DNA of 64,000 nt, from contig JAGQHJ010000003.1 in the NCBI GenBank assembly GCA_020431915.1, forward strand, positions 29,032 to 93,031. Reading direction: 5' to 3'. Origin of the DNA: Cyanobacteria bacterium HKST-UBA04 (GTDB taxonomy: Bacteria > Cyanobacteriota > Vampirovibrionia > Vampirovibrionales > JAGQHJ01). Of the stretch, positions 27,389-37,360 are shown piece after piece (the first letter of the stretch is position 1; each line of letters starts with the position of its first letter). The notes below the pieces were generated by a model, which was not told the DNA's origin, did not search any database, and saw only the letters and a program-made list of their open reading frames with translations. The translations under genes and the position numbers were made by a program.

Positions 27389-28855
27389 ATGACTGCCTCC
27401 AGACAAACCATCGGCCTTGTATTGGCTGCCGGCAAAGGCACGCGCCTTAAAAGCGACTTGCCCAAGGTGCTGCACAACCTGTTGGGCAAGCCCCTGCTGG
27501 TGCGTGTGATTGAGGCCCTGCTGCCCTTGCAGCTCAAGGAAATTGTGGTGGTGGTGGGGCACCAGGCCGAGGCGGTTGAAACCGCCCTTGCCGACTATGC
27601 GCGGCAGGTGGGCTGGAAGACACCGTTGCGCTTCCTGCTTCAGCAGCCCCAGCTGGGTACGGGCCATGCCGTGATGCAGCTGAACAACGTGCTGGCCAAG
27701 GATGAGGCGGTTGACGTACTGATTACCTGCGGCGATATGCCCCTGATTCCCACCCAGCGCTACGAGACCCTGATGTCGGCTTACCACAACCACACCGAGT
27801 CCATGCTGGCCGTGGCCACCGTACAGTATGCGGATCCGACCGGCTATGGCCGCGTGTTTTTTGACGATCACGATTACGTGCATCGCATTGTCGAGCACAA
27901 GGACGCCAATGCCGTCGAGCAGCAGCAAACCTGGTGCAACACGGGTATTTATTTGGGCAGTTGGCCCACGCTAAGCAAAACCCTGGAGCAGCTTGGCGAT
28001 GATAATGCCCAGCGGGAGTATTACCTGACCGATGTGGTGGCGTTGATGTACAAGGCCGGCAAGCCGGTTCAGGCGGTTCGCTGGCCCGACGAAGAGGACG
28101 TGTTGGGGATTAACAGCCGTTTGCAGCTTTCGCAAGCCACCAGTATCCTGTCGCGCCGAACGGCCGAGCGGCTGATGGAAGAAGGGGTCAGCATTAACCA
28201 GCCCGATTCCTCCACCTTTGCCCCGGAGGTACAGGTGGGCCCCGATACGCTGATTCATCCCGGTTGTGTGCTGGAAGGCCCGGTAGTGGTCGGGCAGCAG
28301 TGCGAAATTGGCCCGTCAACCACCATGCGCGGTGCCATTACCATTCATGACCACTGCCGCATTGTGACGGCTCACCTGGAAAAGCAGGTTGAGGTTGCCT
28401 CGCATACCTACGTGGGCCCCTACGCCCACCTGCGCGATAATGCCTCTATCGGCCCGACGTGCCGCATCGGTAATTTCGTGGAGGTAAAGGAAGCGGTCAT
28501 TGGTGCTCGCAGCAACGCGGCGCACCTGTGCTACCTGGGCGATGTCGACGTTGGCGATGACGTGAATATGGGGGCCGGCTCCATCGTGGCCAACTACGAC
28601 CCGGTGCGCGACATCAAAACCCGTTCCACTATCGAGACGGGGGTAAAGGTGGGGTGCAACAGCGTGTTGATTTCGCCAGTTACGCTGCACCAAGACAGTT
28701 CGGTGGCGGCCGGATCGGTGATTACCGACGATGTGGGCAGCGGTGAACTGGCCATTGCCCGGTGTCGGCAAAGCACCATTGAAGGCTGGGTGGGCAAAGC
28801 AAAGAACACGACAAAAACCACAGCGAGCGGCAAGCCGAAACAACCGGCTTCCTAG
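27389..28855 (+). CDS. glmU: Bifunctional UDP-GlcNAc pyrophosphorylase / GlcN-1-P N-acetyltransferase
   Basis: LAAGKGTRLKSDLPKVLH, GTGHAV and YYLTDV blocks, then C-terminal hexapeptide repeats. Confidence 0.9.
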   Translation: MTASRQTIGLVLAAGKGTRLKSDLPKVLHNLLGKPLLVRVIEALLPLQLKEIVVVVGHQAEAVETALADYARQVGWKTPLRFLLQQPQLGTGHAVMQLNNVLAKDEAVDVLITCGDMPLIPTQRYETLMSAYHNHTESMLAVATVQYADPTGYGRVFFDDHDYVHRIVEHKDANAVEQQQTWCNTGIYLGSWPTLSKTLEQLGDDNAQREYYLTDVVALMYKAGKPVQAVRWPDEEDVLGINSRLQLSQATSILSRRTAERLMEEGVSINQPDSSTFAPEVQVGPDTLIHPGCVLEGPVVVGQQCEIGPSTTMRGAITIHDHCRIVTAHLEKQVEVASHTYVGPYAHLRDNASIGPTCRIGNFVEVKEAVIGARSNAAHLCYLGDVDVGDDVNMGAGSIVANYDPVRDIKTRSTIETGVKVGCNSVLISPVTLHQDSSVAAGSVITDDVGSGELAIARCRQSTIEGWVGKAKNTTKTTASGKPKQPAS

Positions 28856-28863
28856 CGGGTGGC

Positions 28864-29220
28864 TTAGTGGGGGTGTATACGCCCGGCTACTTCCCGAACC
28901 AGGGTAGAGAAAATAGGCCGACGGGCGAATTGGGGACCGAACTCATGCAGCAGGGTAAAGGCAATTTTGTCGTGCAGGTGTTGCAGCTGGTCAAAAACGG
29001 CCCGGCGATGGGCTACCGAAAAGCTGTTCAGGAAGGACTGATGCCGCAGACCCCGGTGCTGTTGGCTGCTTTCGTAAAACCATGTCATTACGGACCGCCG
29101 TTTGAGCGGGGAGAGCTTGTTTAGGACAAGGTGGGTATGGGGGGGCTTCATAATAGGGGGCCTAAGGGTTAAGGGGTCGAGAAACCGGTAGGGGGCTTTG
29201 GTTGATGGGACCTGATACAC
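28864..29220 (-). CDS. Hypothetical protein (weak)
   Basis: 118-codon ORF with no recognisable motif and an uncertain start. It competes with an 85-codon plus-strand ORF. Confidence 0.25.
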   Translation of the reverse strand: MYQVPSTKAPYRFLDPLTLRPPIMKPPHTHLVLNKLSPLKRRSVMTWFYESSQQHRGLRHQSFLNSFSVAHRRAVFDQLQHLHDKIAFTLLHEFGPQFARRPIFSTLVREVAGRIHPH

Positions 29221-29531
29221 GCCTTGTAACCATGGTAACCTGAGGAGGCCATCCTATCGTATCGGATTGCGTTGGCTTCTTCAAGTCATCCCCACGTATG
29301 CGCGGTATTGGGTTTAGCCAAGTTTAGCGAGCCGGTTTGCGCTTAGGGGGTATCAGGATACAGCTTTATCCAACACATAGCCAAAAGGACGGTAAACGTT
29401 GTTGGAGGAGGAAACACCTGGGTTGAAACGGATAATGCCTACGACGGTTAAGACGCAAGCGTGTACTCAGAGAACCAGAAGCCTACGGGTGTTGGCGTGT
29501 TTGTGTCTGCAAAGAGAAGAGAAAAAGGGGG

Positions 29532-30941
29532 GTGTGTGTGTTGGCTTCTGATAGGCTAAAAAAACCTGTACCGTTACCCCGATTGCCTTTTAGCCAGGTC
29601 GGCGTAACCAAATGTAAATCTTCTACAGATGTAGATAAAAGACCGCTGGGGGAGTGGGCCCGCCTGCTGCTGGGGCTGGGGTGCGTGGGGGTACTGGTCT
29701 TGGGTTTAGGCTTGATGGGCTGTGCCCCGGCTGATGGGGATGGCAGCGGTAAAACAAAGCTGGTGTTGTCGTTTTGGGGCAGTGCCAACGAACTGGCCAC
29801 CTTTAAGCAGTTGGTGGCCGATTTTGAGGCGCTTCACCCCGATATTACCGTTGAGGCACGGCATATTCCCCAGAACTACTTCCAGAAGATCCACATTTTA
29901 ATGGCCAGTGGCCTGACGCCCGACGTGATGATGGTCAACAGCCTCAGTTTGCCGGTGTACAGTGAGCACGATCAGTTCCTGCCGCTAACGGACCTGTTGG
30001 GCACGGACGCTTTTCCCGTCGAGCGGGCCGATTTTTATGCGGGTGCCCTGGCTGCCCTGTCGCGCCACGGCACGCTGTATGCCATGCCACGCGACGTGTC
30101 GAACCTGGTGGTGTATGTTAACAAGCGCATGTTCGAGCAGGCCGGTGTTCCCCTGCCACCGCGCAACTGGACCCTGGATCAGATGCGGCAGACGGCGCGT
30201 CGCATGACGCGGGACGTTAACCACGACGGGCATCCTGAACAGTTTGGTATGTCCTTTTATGCCAAACCACCCCTGTTTTGGCTGCCTTTTGTGTGGAGCG
30301 AGGGCGGGCGGTTGCTGGCCGACGACTTGCACACCCTGGCCATTGACCGCCCTGAAACGATTAATGCCTTGCAGGCCTACGCCGATTTGCGCGGTAACGA
30401 GCCGGTGGCGCCCCGACGCATTGATACCGGGGCCGTGACGATGAGCCAACTGTTTATCCAGGAAAAGTTGGCCATGATGGTCAATGGTCGGTGGATGGTG
30501 CCGGCTCTTCGTCAGCAAGTAGGCTTTGACTGGGATGTGTGGCCGTTTCCGCGTGGCCGGCAGGGGTCGGTGGTGGGCATTGATGCGTCGGGCTATGCCA
30601 TTGCCAAACAGACCCAACACAAAGCCGAGGCCCTGAAGCTGGTGGCTTTTTTGTCCAGCCGTTCGGCACAGGCACGGTGGACGGAAAGCGGCCTGATTAT
30701 CCCGGCTCGGCTTGACGTGGCCGAGTCGAACCTGTTTTTGGCCCCCGGCCAGCGGCCGGCCCATGCCCGGGTGTTTCTTGAGGTGATTGCGTCGGGCATG
30801 CCCAGCCGAACCCCGCCCCAGTGGGACGAATTTTCCGAGGCGCTGCAACTGGCCCTTGAGCCGGTTTGGGAAGGCCGTACCCAGGCACGCGATGCCGTGG
30901 CCGGTTCAACGGCGGAACTCCAACGTATCCTGGCCCATTAG
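29532..30941 (+). CDS. ABC transporter sugar-binding lipoprotein (solute-binding family 1)
   Basis: Lipobox-like LGLMGC after a hydrophobic stretch. LVLSFWGS..E...F..L...F, family-1 SBP-like throughout. GTG start is uncertain. Confidence 0.8.
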   Translation: MCVLASDRLKKPVPLPRLPFSQVGVTKCKSSTDVDKRPLGEWARLLLGLGCVGVLVLGLGLMGCAPADGDGSGKTKLVLSFWGSANELATFKQLVADFEALHPDITVEARHIPQNYFQKIHILMASGLTPDVMMVNSLSLPVYSEHDQFLPLTDLLGTDAFPVERADFYAGALAALSRHGTLYAMPRDVSNLVVYVNKRMFEQAGVPLPPRNWTLDQMRQTARRMTRDVNHDGHPEQFGMSFYAKPPLFWLPFVWSEGGRLLADDLHTLAIDRPETINALQAYADLRGNEPVAPRRIDTGAVTMSQLFIQEKLAMMVNGRWMVPALRQQVGFDWDVWPFPRGRQGSVVGIDASGYAIAKQTQHKAEALKLVAFLSSRSAQARWTESGLIIPARLDVAESNLFLAPGQRPAHARVFLEVIASGMPSRTPPQWDEFSEALQLALEPVWEGRTQARDAVAGSTAELQRILAH

Positions 30942-30991
30942 GGCATTTGGCGTTTGGTGTTGTGGCGCCTTCGTTATAATAAAACCACTTC

Positions 30992-31930
30992 TTGTTCGAG
31001 ACGAAAGGCCGCACACTTTTGGTTCAAGCCCGCCCGACCCTGATTAATCGACTGGCTCAACGTGAGCTGTTTTGGGCTGCCGTGTTTATTGCCCCGTTGA
31101 TATGCGGCCTGTTCATCTTTACCTACATTCCGGTGGTCTGTTCGTTGGCGCTGAGTTTTTCCTCCTGGAACCTGTTGGGCGATCCGCAGTGGGTGGGGCT
31201 GGAAAACTACACCCACCTGCTGGGCGATCCGCTGTTCTTTAAAACCATGGCGGTGACCACGGTGTTTGTGGTGGTTGGCGTGACCCTGGAAATTGTGCTG
31301 GCCCTGGCCGTGGCCTTGTTGCTGAACCGGGCCGTGCAGGGTATTGCCGTGTTTAGGAGCGTGTTTTTCCTGCCGGTGGTTTCCCCGATGGTTAGCGTGG
31401 CGCTGGTGTGGGGCTGGATATTCGACCCGCAATTCGGGTGGCTTAACGCCCTGTTGCAACTGATTCCGTTTGCCCACCTGCCCCGTATTGCCTGGCTGTA
31501 CGACGAGCAATGGGCCTTGTGGGCCTTGATTATGATTCGGATCTGGAAGGACTTGGGGTATACCATGCTGATTCTGTTGGCGGGGTTGCAGGGGATTCCG
31601 TCCCACCTGTACGAATCAGCTCGGATTGACGGGGCGGGGTGGTGGCGGCAGTTGTGGGCGGTTACGCTGCCCATGCTTAGCCCGACGCTGTTTTTTGTGA
31701 TAACCGTGGCCATGATCCAGGCCTTCCAGACCTTTGATGTGGTGTACCTGCTTACCGAGGGCGGGCCGGGCAACAGTACGCAACTGCTGGTGTACTGGCT
31801 GTTCAAGAACGCCTTCCAGTTTTACAAGGTGGGACCGGCTTCGGCGATGGCCTATGTGCTGTTCCTGATCATCCTGAGCCTGACGCTGGTGCAGTGGACG
31901 TTGCGCAAACGGTGGGTGCTGCATGAATAG
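30992..31930 (+). CDS. ABC sugar transporter permease (MalF/UgpA-like)
   Basis: Six hydrophobic segments and EAA loop YESARIDGAGWWRQLWAVTLPML. Confidence 0.85.
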   Translation: MFETKGRTLLVQARPTLINRLAQRELFWAAVFIAPLICGLFIFTYIPVVCSLALSFSSWNLLGDPQWVGLENYTHLLGDPLFFKTMAVTTVFVVVGVTLEIVLALAVALLLNRAVQGIAVFRSVFFLPVVSPMVSVALVWGWIFDPQFGWLNALLQLIPFAHLPRIAWLYDEQWALWALIMIRIWKDLGYTMLILLAGLQGIPSHLYESARIDGAGWWRQLWAVTLPMLSPTLFFVITVAMIQAFQTFDVVYLLTEGGPGNSTQLLVYWLFKNAFQFYKVGPASAMAYVLFLIILSLTLVQWTLRKRWVLHE

Positions 31931-32750
31931 ACTCACGCCGAAACTGTTCTGGTGGACGTGCATGGGCTGTGGGGCCCTGGCCACCATTGGGCCGTTCTGG
32001 GTGATGGTCAGCACGTCGCTGATGACCAAGGCCCAGGTTTTTCAGTTTCCCCCGGCCCTGATCCCCATGCCCCTGACATGGCATAATTATGGGCAGGTCT
32101 TTGCCCAGGTGCCGTTTTTGACCTATTTCCTCAATAGCCTGCTGGTGGCCACGTTGACAACTGCCGGGCAGGTGCTGTTTTGCGCCATGGCGGCCTATGC
32201 GTTTAGCCGGCTTCATTTTCCGTTTAAAAACGGACTGTTTTTTATGGTGCTCATCACCATGATGATTCCGCCACAGGTTAACATTGTGCCGTTGTTTTTT
32301 GTGATGAAATCCTTCGGGTGGATTGATACCTATGCCGGCTTGATTGTGCCGGGGCTGTTCGGGGCGTTTGGGGTGTTTTTACTGCGGCAGTGGTTTAACG
32401 GCCTGCCTTTGGAACTGGAGGAGGCGGCCCGGTTGGATGGGTGCAACCCCTGGCAGGTTTTTGTTACCGTGGCCCTGCCCCTGGCCCGGCCCGCCCTGGC
32501 GGCGCTGGGTATCTTGGCTTTTATTGGCAGCTGGAACAGCTTTATGTGGCCGTTGATTGTGGTGCAGTCGGAGGGGTTGAGTACCCTGCCCGTGGGAATC
32601 GCTGCCTTGCAAAGCAGCTACCGCGACGTGACGGACTGGGGGGTGTTGATGGCCGCCAGTACCCTGAGCGTGTTGCCGGTTATTATGCTGTTTCTGGTGG
32701 GGCAAAAGCAGTTTGTGGAAGGTTTGCTGCAGGGATCGGTCAAGGAGTAA
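31923..32750 (+). CDS. ABC sugar transporter permease (MalG/UgpE-like)
   Basis: EAA loop LEEAARLDGCNPWQVFVTVALPLARPAL. 8-nt overlap with the upstream permease gene. Confidence 0.85.
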   Translation: MNRLTPKLFWWTCMGCGALATIGPFWVMVSTSLMTKAQVFQFPPALIPMPLTWHNYGQVFAQVPFLTYFLNSLLVATLTTAGQVLFCAMAAYAFSRLHFPFKNGLFFMVLITMMIPPQVNIVPLFFVMKSFGWIDTYAGLIVPGLFGAFGVFLLRQWFNGLPLELEEAARLDGCNPWQVFVTVALPLARPALAALGILAFIGSWNSFMWPLIVVQSEGLSTLPVGIAALQSSYRDVTDWGVLMAASTLSVLPVIMLFLVGQKQFVEGLLQGSVKE

Positions 32751-32947
32751 GGCGCTGGCCCTTAAATTGAGAATTGTTACCCGTTGAGGCCCGTGTGCTT
32801 GAACCTGACCGGGTTGTGCAGTACCATAGTGCCCCAGCCGGGGGCCTGACTTATTGTATAACCGTGTTATATCTTTGTAAGGGCTTTTACCGGTTGGTGG
32901 CGGGGGAAACCGAGCATGTGAGCAACCCTGTGGAGCGTGTAAACCTG

Positions 32948-33388
32948 ATGCGTGTGATTGTCCAACCTACTGTATCGATGGGTGTATCAAAGGGTGTGTC
33001 AAAGGGTGTGTCTAAAAAGCAAGCCCAACCGTCGTTTGGTTACTTCAAAGCCGCCAAGCACCCCAAGCACGGGGCGGAGTTTCCCCATATCAATGCCGAT
33101 ACCTATGCAACCCGGCCCAACCTGGGCTGGATACGCGACCGAGAGGTCCCCGAGCAGCAGGCCCTGCTGACGATGAAACATACCACCAAGGGCTGTATCG
33201 AAGTACAGGTTTTTCGCCAAGGCAAGCCGCTGGCCACGGATACCGTGTCGCGAAAAACCAGGTTGCTCGGGGCGCTCTGGGGCGAAGCTCTGGAGGCGTG
33301 GCAAACCCGGGTACTGGATAGTGCCGAGCAGCTGGTAGCCTCGCGGCGCAGCGAACTGGAAAAACCCCTTAAAAGCACGTCCGCCTAA
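32948..33388 (+). CDS. Hypothetical protein with N-terminal GVSK x3 repeat
   Basis: ATG 32948; the ORF is open from 32774. MGVSKGVSKGVSKK is encoded by a 12-nt tandem repeat. No recognisable domain. Confidence 0.3.
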   Translation: MRVIVQPTVSMGVSKGVSKGVSKKQAQPSFGYFKAAKHPKHGAEFPHINADTYATRPNLGWIRDREVPEQQALLTMKHTTKGCIEVQVFRQGKPLATDTVSRKTRLLGALWGEALEAWQTRVLDSAEQLVASRRSELEKPLKSTSA

Positions 33389-33428
33389 ACCGGTGTCGGT
33401 TAAAACCAAGTAGGCCACTACGGGCGCG

Positions 33429-35084
33429 TTATTGATTGCCCGGCAGGGGTGGGGAAGGGTAAGACGACCGTGGTGCAGGGGGCACTGGTGCATTGCCTCG
33501 GGCCTGTGGGGGCGTTGGGATAGGAGGCCGGTAGTTGGCGTTGGGCACCGTCGATTTGATGACGGGGTCGTAGCGAAAGGGAGACTGGTTGTTGTGCGCG
33601 GTGGGGTGAGGCTGTGGTTGGACAGGCTGGGGCAACGGGCCGGGTTGGGGAGTGGGTTGAGGGCTGGGCTGGGGTATCGAAACCGCTGTGGCCTTCGGTG
33701 TGGTATCGGCCGTAGGGGCTGAAGCGGTTGAGTTGGGCTGTTGCGGCTGATTCGTTTTGTCGGTGGCGGCCACTTCGGGCATGGGGATATCGGTGGCTTT
33801 TCGTTTCTTTTTGCCACCCCGGCTGCCGGGTTCTTTTTTGCTGGGCGGATCAAAAAATTCCTTGGGCCGTTCGGCCACCGTGTCGGCCAGCCCTTTGCCT
33901 TTTACCGGCATGACCTTTTGGATCCAGGCCACCACGTCGGTCATCACTTTCGGATCGTCGGTCAGCATGGCTGTGCCATGGCTGCTGCCGCCGTAGACGT
34001 TCAATTTCCGGCGGCTGAAGGTGTAGTCGTATATTTCCTGGGTGCTTTCCAGTGCATACACATCCCCTTTGGTTACCGTGTACAGAACGGGTTGCTTGAT
34101 TTCTTCGGCGGCATCAAAGGGGGAGAAACCGGCATACTCCAGGCCGGGCGACAAGGCCACAATGAATTGGATAGGCTTGTTGGCCAGGGCCTGGTGGAAG
34201 GCGGCATTGGCGCCGATGTCGGCCCCAATCAACCCGACGCGATCGGTATTGACCCACGGGGCCAAGTCGGGATTGTGGGCAATATGGTCAATCAGGGTCG
34301 AGAAATCGTCAATCAGAAACTCCCAGTCGGAGGTATCGAAGTTGCGCCAGGTGTACAACTGGTGGGCCCGATCGGTGCTGCTGCCATGGCCCCTCAAGTC
34401 GTAGGCCAATACCGCATAGCCGTTGTCCATCAGGTGCTTGGGCAGGGTGCCCCAATCCCACTGGCTGCCACTAAGGCCGTGGGTGAGGATAATAAGCGGG
34501 TATTTCTTGGGGGTGCTTGCTGACGGCAAGGCCTTGCCGTTCGCCGTGTTCTTGCCGGGGGTGTTTACCTGGGCGGCTTGTTTTTTATCGGCTGGTTTGG
34601 CTGATTGGCTGGGGGCGTCTGGTTTGGTCTTGGTTGTGGGTGTTGCCGGTACGGTCTTGCCGGGTTTGGCGCTGTTTGGGGTGGCCCCACTGGTTACCTT
34701 TGTGTTTGTCTTGGTTTTGGCGGGCTGGGCAGGCGTGTGCGGTATGTCCACGCCTTCGGCGACCCGGACATCCTTGGTTGGTGGAATGTTGGGAATATAC
34801 AGGGTGCCGCTCAGGCTAACGCCGTCCTTGGTGGTGGCCCGAATGTTGCGGTAGTGGGCGGTCAGGGGTAAATCCTGGACCGTAGCCTCTTTCATCCATG
34901 CCTGCACATCAAAGGGAAAGGCGTCGGGGCCTTCCAGAACGGTAAGATCCGACTTGGAGGCGCCGGGCTTGCCGCATCCCGGTATAAGGACAACCAAGCT
35001 GGCCGCCAGCAGGAATGTGGCCAAGAGCGCTATTTTTGGGGTCGGGCGGCTAGCCAAGGGAGGATACCTCGTGGGTGTGCCCAA
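33429..35084 (-). CDS. Lipoprotein alpha/beta-hydrolase-fold protein with low-complexity insert and Pro-rich tail
   Basis: Signal plus LIPGC lipobox-like site. ILTHGLSGSQWDW...YDLRGHGSS hydrolase blocks. The nucleophile-elbow position reads GADIG. The start overlaps the kinase gene's 3' end by 35 nt. Confidence 0.7.
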   Translation of the reverse strand: MGTPTRYPPLASRPTPKIALLATFLLAASLVVLIPGCGKPGASKSDLTVLEGPDAFPFDVQAWMKEATVQDLPLTAHYRNIRATTKDGVSLSGTLYIPNIPPTKDVRVAEGVDIPHTPAQPAKTKTNTKVTSGATPNSAKPGKTVPATPTTKTKPDAPSQSAKPADKKQAAQVNTPGKNTANGKALPSASTPKKYPLIILTHGLSGSQWDWGTLPKHLMDNGYAVLAYDLRGHGSSTDRAHQLYTWRNFDTSDWEFLIDDFSTLIDHIAHNPDLAPWVNTDRVGLIGADIGANAAFHQALANKPIQFIVALSPGLEYAGFSPFDAAEEIKQPVLYTVTKGDVYALESTQEIYDYTFSRRKLNVYGGSSHGTAMLTDDPKVMTDVVAWIQKVMPVKGKGLADTVAERPKEFFDPPSKKEPGSRGGKKKRKATDIPMPEVAATDKTNQPQQPNSTASAPTADTTPKATAVSIPQPSPQPTPQPGPLPQPVQPQPHPTAHNNQSPFRYDPVIKSTVPNANYRPPIPTPPQARGNAPVPPAPRSSYPSPPLPGNQ

Positions 35085-36420
35085 GGGGGGACTTGGAAGG
35101 GATACGGGTGGGTTTTAGCGGCAGTTGCAAGGCAAAGGTACTGCCTTTTGCCGAGCTGTCGAGCAGGGCCACCGTGCCGCCGTGGGCTTGCAGTATCTTG
35201 CGGCTGTGGGCCAGCCCCAGGCCGGTGCCGTTGCCTTTGGTGGAGAAATACGGGGTAAACAGTTTCTTTTGGTATTTTTCGTCCACGCCGGGGCCTTCAT
35301 CCACAATTTTAACCAAAACCTGGTCGTCGGCCAGCCGGGCTTCGATGACGACCCGGACCGTCTGGTCTTTTGTCGACACCTCCAGGGCGTTTTTAATCAG
35401 GTTAATCAGGGCCTGCTTGAGCCGCCGCTCGTCGATATCCAGCATCCAGTCGTCACCGGGCGGGTCAAAGGCGAGGGTGACGTCGGCTTCCTCGTACTTG
35501 GGCAGGTACATGTCCACCACGTCCTTGACCACGCCACACAGGCTCATCTCCTGGGTTTCCAGGGTCAGGGGGCGGGCATAACTGGTCAATTCCGACAGAA
35601 TGCCTTCGAGGTTCTGGCTGGATTCGCGGATCAGTTTCAGGTGTTGGGCCAGCTTGTCCGTTTCCACGTTGCCCGGCAGTTTGTCCACTTCCGTTTCAAT
35701 GAGCTTGGCATACAAATCAATCAGTCCCAGCGGGTTTCGAATCTCATGGGCAATTACCGAGCAGAGTTGCCCGACGGCGGCCAGCCGTTCCTGATCCAGC
35801 ATTTTGTCGTGCAGCTTGCTGACATGGCTCAGGGCCAGGGCCAGCTCGCGGTTGCGCGACTCGAGGTTGTTGATGAGCTGGGTGATGAACCAGGTTTGTT
35901 TTTCGTCGTAGCGTCGATCCAGGGGGGTATTTTCAATCAGCGTTTCGAGCTGCTTGCTGTTGGGCAGGTGCCGGGCCAGGTACTGGGCTGCCGTTTTGCT
36001 GTCGCCGGGGTGGAAGGTCCAGCCGCCTTGCAGGGTGGCAAACATGTCTTCCGAATCGATGGACCAGTACAGGGTGGCGCAAAACTGGTTGGTCAGGGCA
36101 ATAATGAAACCCGTGTGTTCCAGGAATGCGGTGGCCGTGGTGTTGGAGGCCTTGGTGTCGAGCAACATCTCGTCAATGTTGTACAGTTGCACGTCATCCA
36201 CATTGTCCAAAACCAGGCTAATCGTCTCGAAATCCTCGTCGCCATGCAGGTCTTGGAACACGACGCCCTTGAGGCGGTACTGGCGAATGATGCGCAAAAT
36301 ACCGCTGTACAGCTGCAGGAACGTGTTCTTGGAATACAGGCCCGAATACGAACTTAGATGGCCAAGGAGGCCATCTAAGTGTTTTGTATTGGAGGATTGG
36401 TGATGGAATGAATCTGGCAC
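35050..36420 (-). CDS. Cytoplasmic sensor histidine kinase
   Basis: H box HEIRNPLG, N box LINLIKNALEV, G1 DEGPGV, G2 GTGLGLA. No TM helix. The ~200-aa N-terminal sensory domain is unassigned. Confidence 0.88.
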   Translation of the reverse strand: MPDSFHHQSSNTKHLDGLLGHLSSYSGLYSKNTFLQLYSGILRIIRQYRLKGVVFQDLHGDEDFETISLVLDNVDDVQLYNIDEMLLDTKASNTTATAFLEHTGFIIALTNQFCATLYWSIDSEDMFATLQGGWTFHPGDSKTAAQYLARHLPNSKQLETLIENTPLDRRYDEKQTWFITQLINNLESRNRELALALSHVSKLHDKMLDQERLAAVGQLCSVIAHEIRNPLGLIDLYAKLIETEVDKLPGNVETDKLAQHLKLIRESSQNLEGILSELTSYARPLTLETQEMSLCGVVKDVVDMYLPKYEEADVTLAFDPPGDDWMLDIDERRLKQALINLIKNALEVSTKDQTVRVVIEARLADDQVLVKIVDEGPGVDEKYQKKLFTPYFSTKGNGTGLGLAHSRKILQAHGGTVALLDSSAKGSTFALQLPLKPTRIPSKSPLGHTHEVSSLG

Positions 36421-36563
36421 GGCTCGGGGTTGAATCCTTGTGCTCTCCGTCTCGCTCTCTGGTTACACGTGTACGGTAAACGGTACAAAACACTTGACCA
36501 TGACTGTCAGTGTAACGCATGAGGGGCCGGAATGGCTACCGGTGCCAAGGCTTTTCGACCGGG

Positions 36564-37283
36564 TTAAACAGCAGCCTTCATGGATTCATTGCTGTCGGCG
36601 GTCTGGATTAACCCGTGCTTGATGGCGTAAAGCACAGCCTGGGTACGGTCGTTGACCTGCAGCTTTTGGAAAATATTGTTGACGTGGGTCTTAACGGTGG
36701 TTTCGCTAATAACCAGACGCTCGGCCACACCCTTGTAGGTAATGCCTTCGGTCAACAGGGCCAGTACTTCCTTCTCGCGGTTGGTCAGGTAGCTCAGCAG
36801 CGCCTGGCGAACCGGGTCGGGTTTGGTGGCACCCTTGGTCTTGCGAACGTGGAACTCGTCAAAAAACTTGGTGGCCAACGTCGTGGGCAGGAAGATTTTG
36901 CCTTGCACCACTTCGTTGATGGCTTGATGCAGTTGGCTGGTGACCATGGTTTTGAGGATATAGCCTTTGCCACCGCTCTGCATGGCACGGAAAACCAGAT
37001 CGGGGTCGTCGTAGCCGGTCAGGGCCAGGATTTTTGCCTTCGGTTTTTCTTCGTGGATTTTCTCGATGGCCGTGATGCCGTCCATGTCGGGCATGTTCAT
37101 GTCCATCAGGACCACGTCGACATCAATCTTGGTGGCTTTCTCGATGGCTTCGGGGCCACTGGTGGCAATGCCAACCACTTTCATGCCGGGTTCCATTTCA
37201 ATCAGCTGGCGAATACCAGCACTGTGGTTGGTGTTGTCATCGACAACCAGAATACGAATTAAACGCCGATCCATCTCTCTCAT
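36564..37283 (-). CDS. Response regulator, NarL/LuxR family
   Basis: Receiver domain (ILVVDD, VVLMDMNMPDMDG, LTGY) plus a LuxR-type HTH (LTNREKEVLALL...ISETTVKTHVNNIFQKL). Confidence 0.9.
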   Translation of the reverse strand: MREMDRRLIRILVVDDNTNHSAGIRQLIEMEPGMKVVGIATSGPEAIEKATKIDVDVVLMDMNMPDMDGITAIEKIHEEKPKAKILALTGYDDPDLVFRAMQSGGKGYILKTMVTSQLHQAINEVVQGKIFLPTTLATKFFDEFHVRKTKGATKPDPVRQALLSYLTNREKEVLALLTEGITYKGVAERLVISETTVKTHVNNIFQKLQVNDRTQAVLYAIKHGLIQTADSNESMKAAV

Positions 37284-37360
37284 CGGGAGTCCTCCAACTT
37301 GTTACAGTCTTGTTGTACGTCTAAAAGAAGTGTCTAGTGCTTCACACAAAAAATAAAAAT

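Noticed and set aside
29532-32750. The missing ATPase gene of the sugar ABC transporter as an anomaly.
   Set aside because: Carbohydrate-uptake ABC operons commonly share an ATPase encoded elsewhere (MsiK/MalK-type), so this is not unusual.
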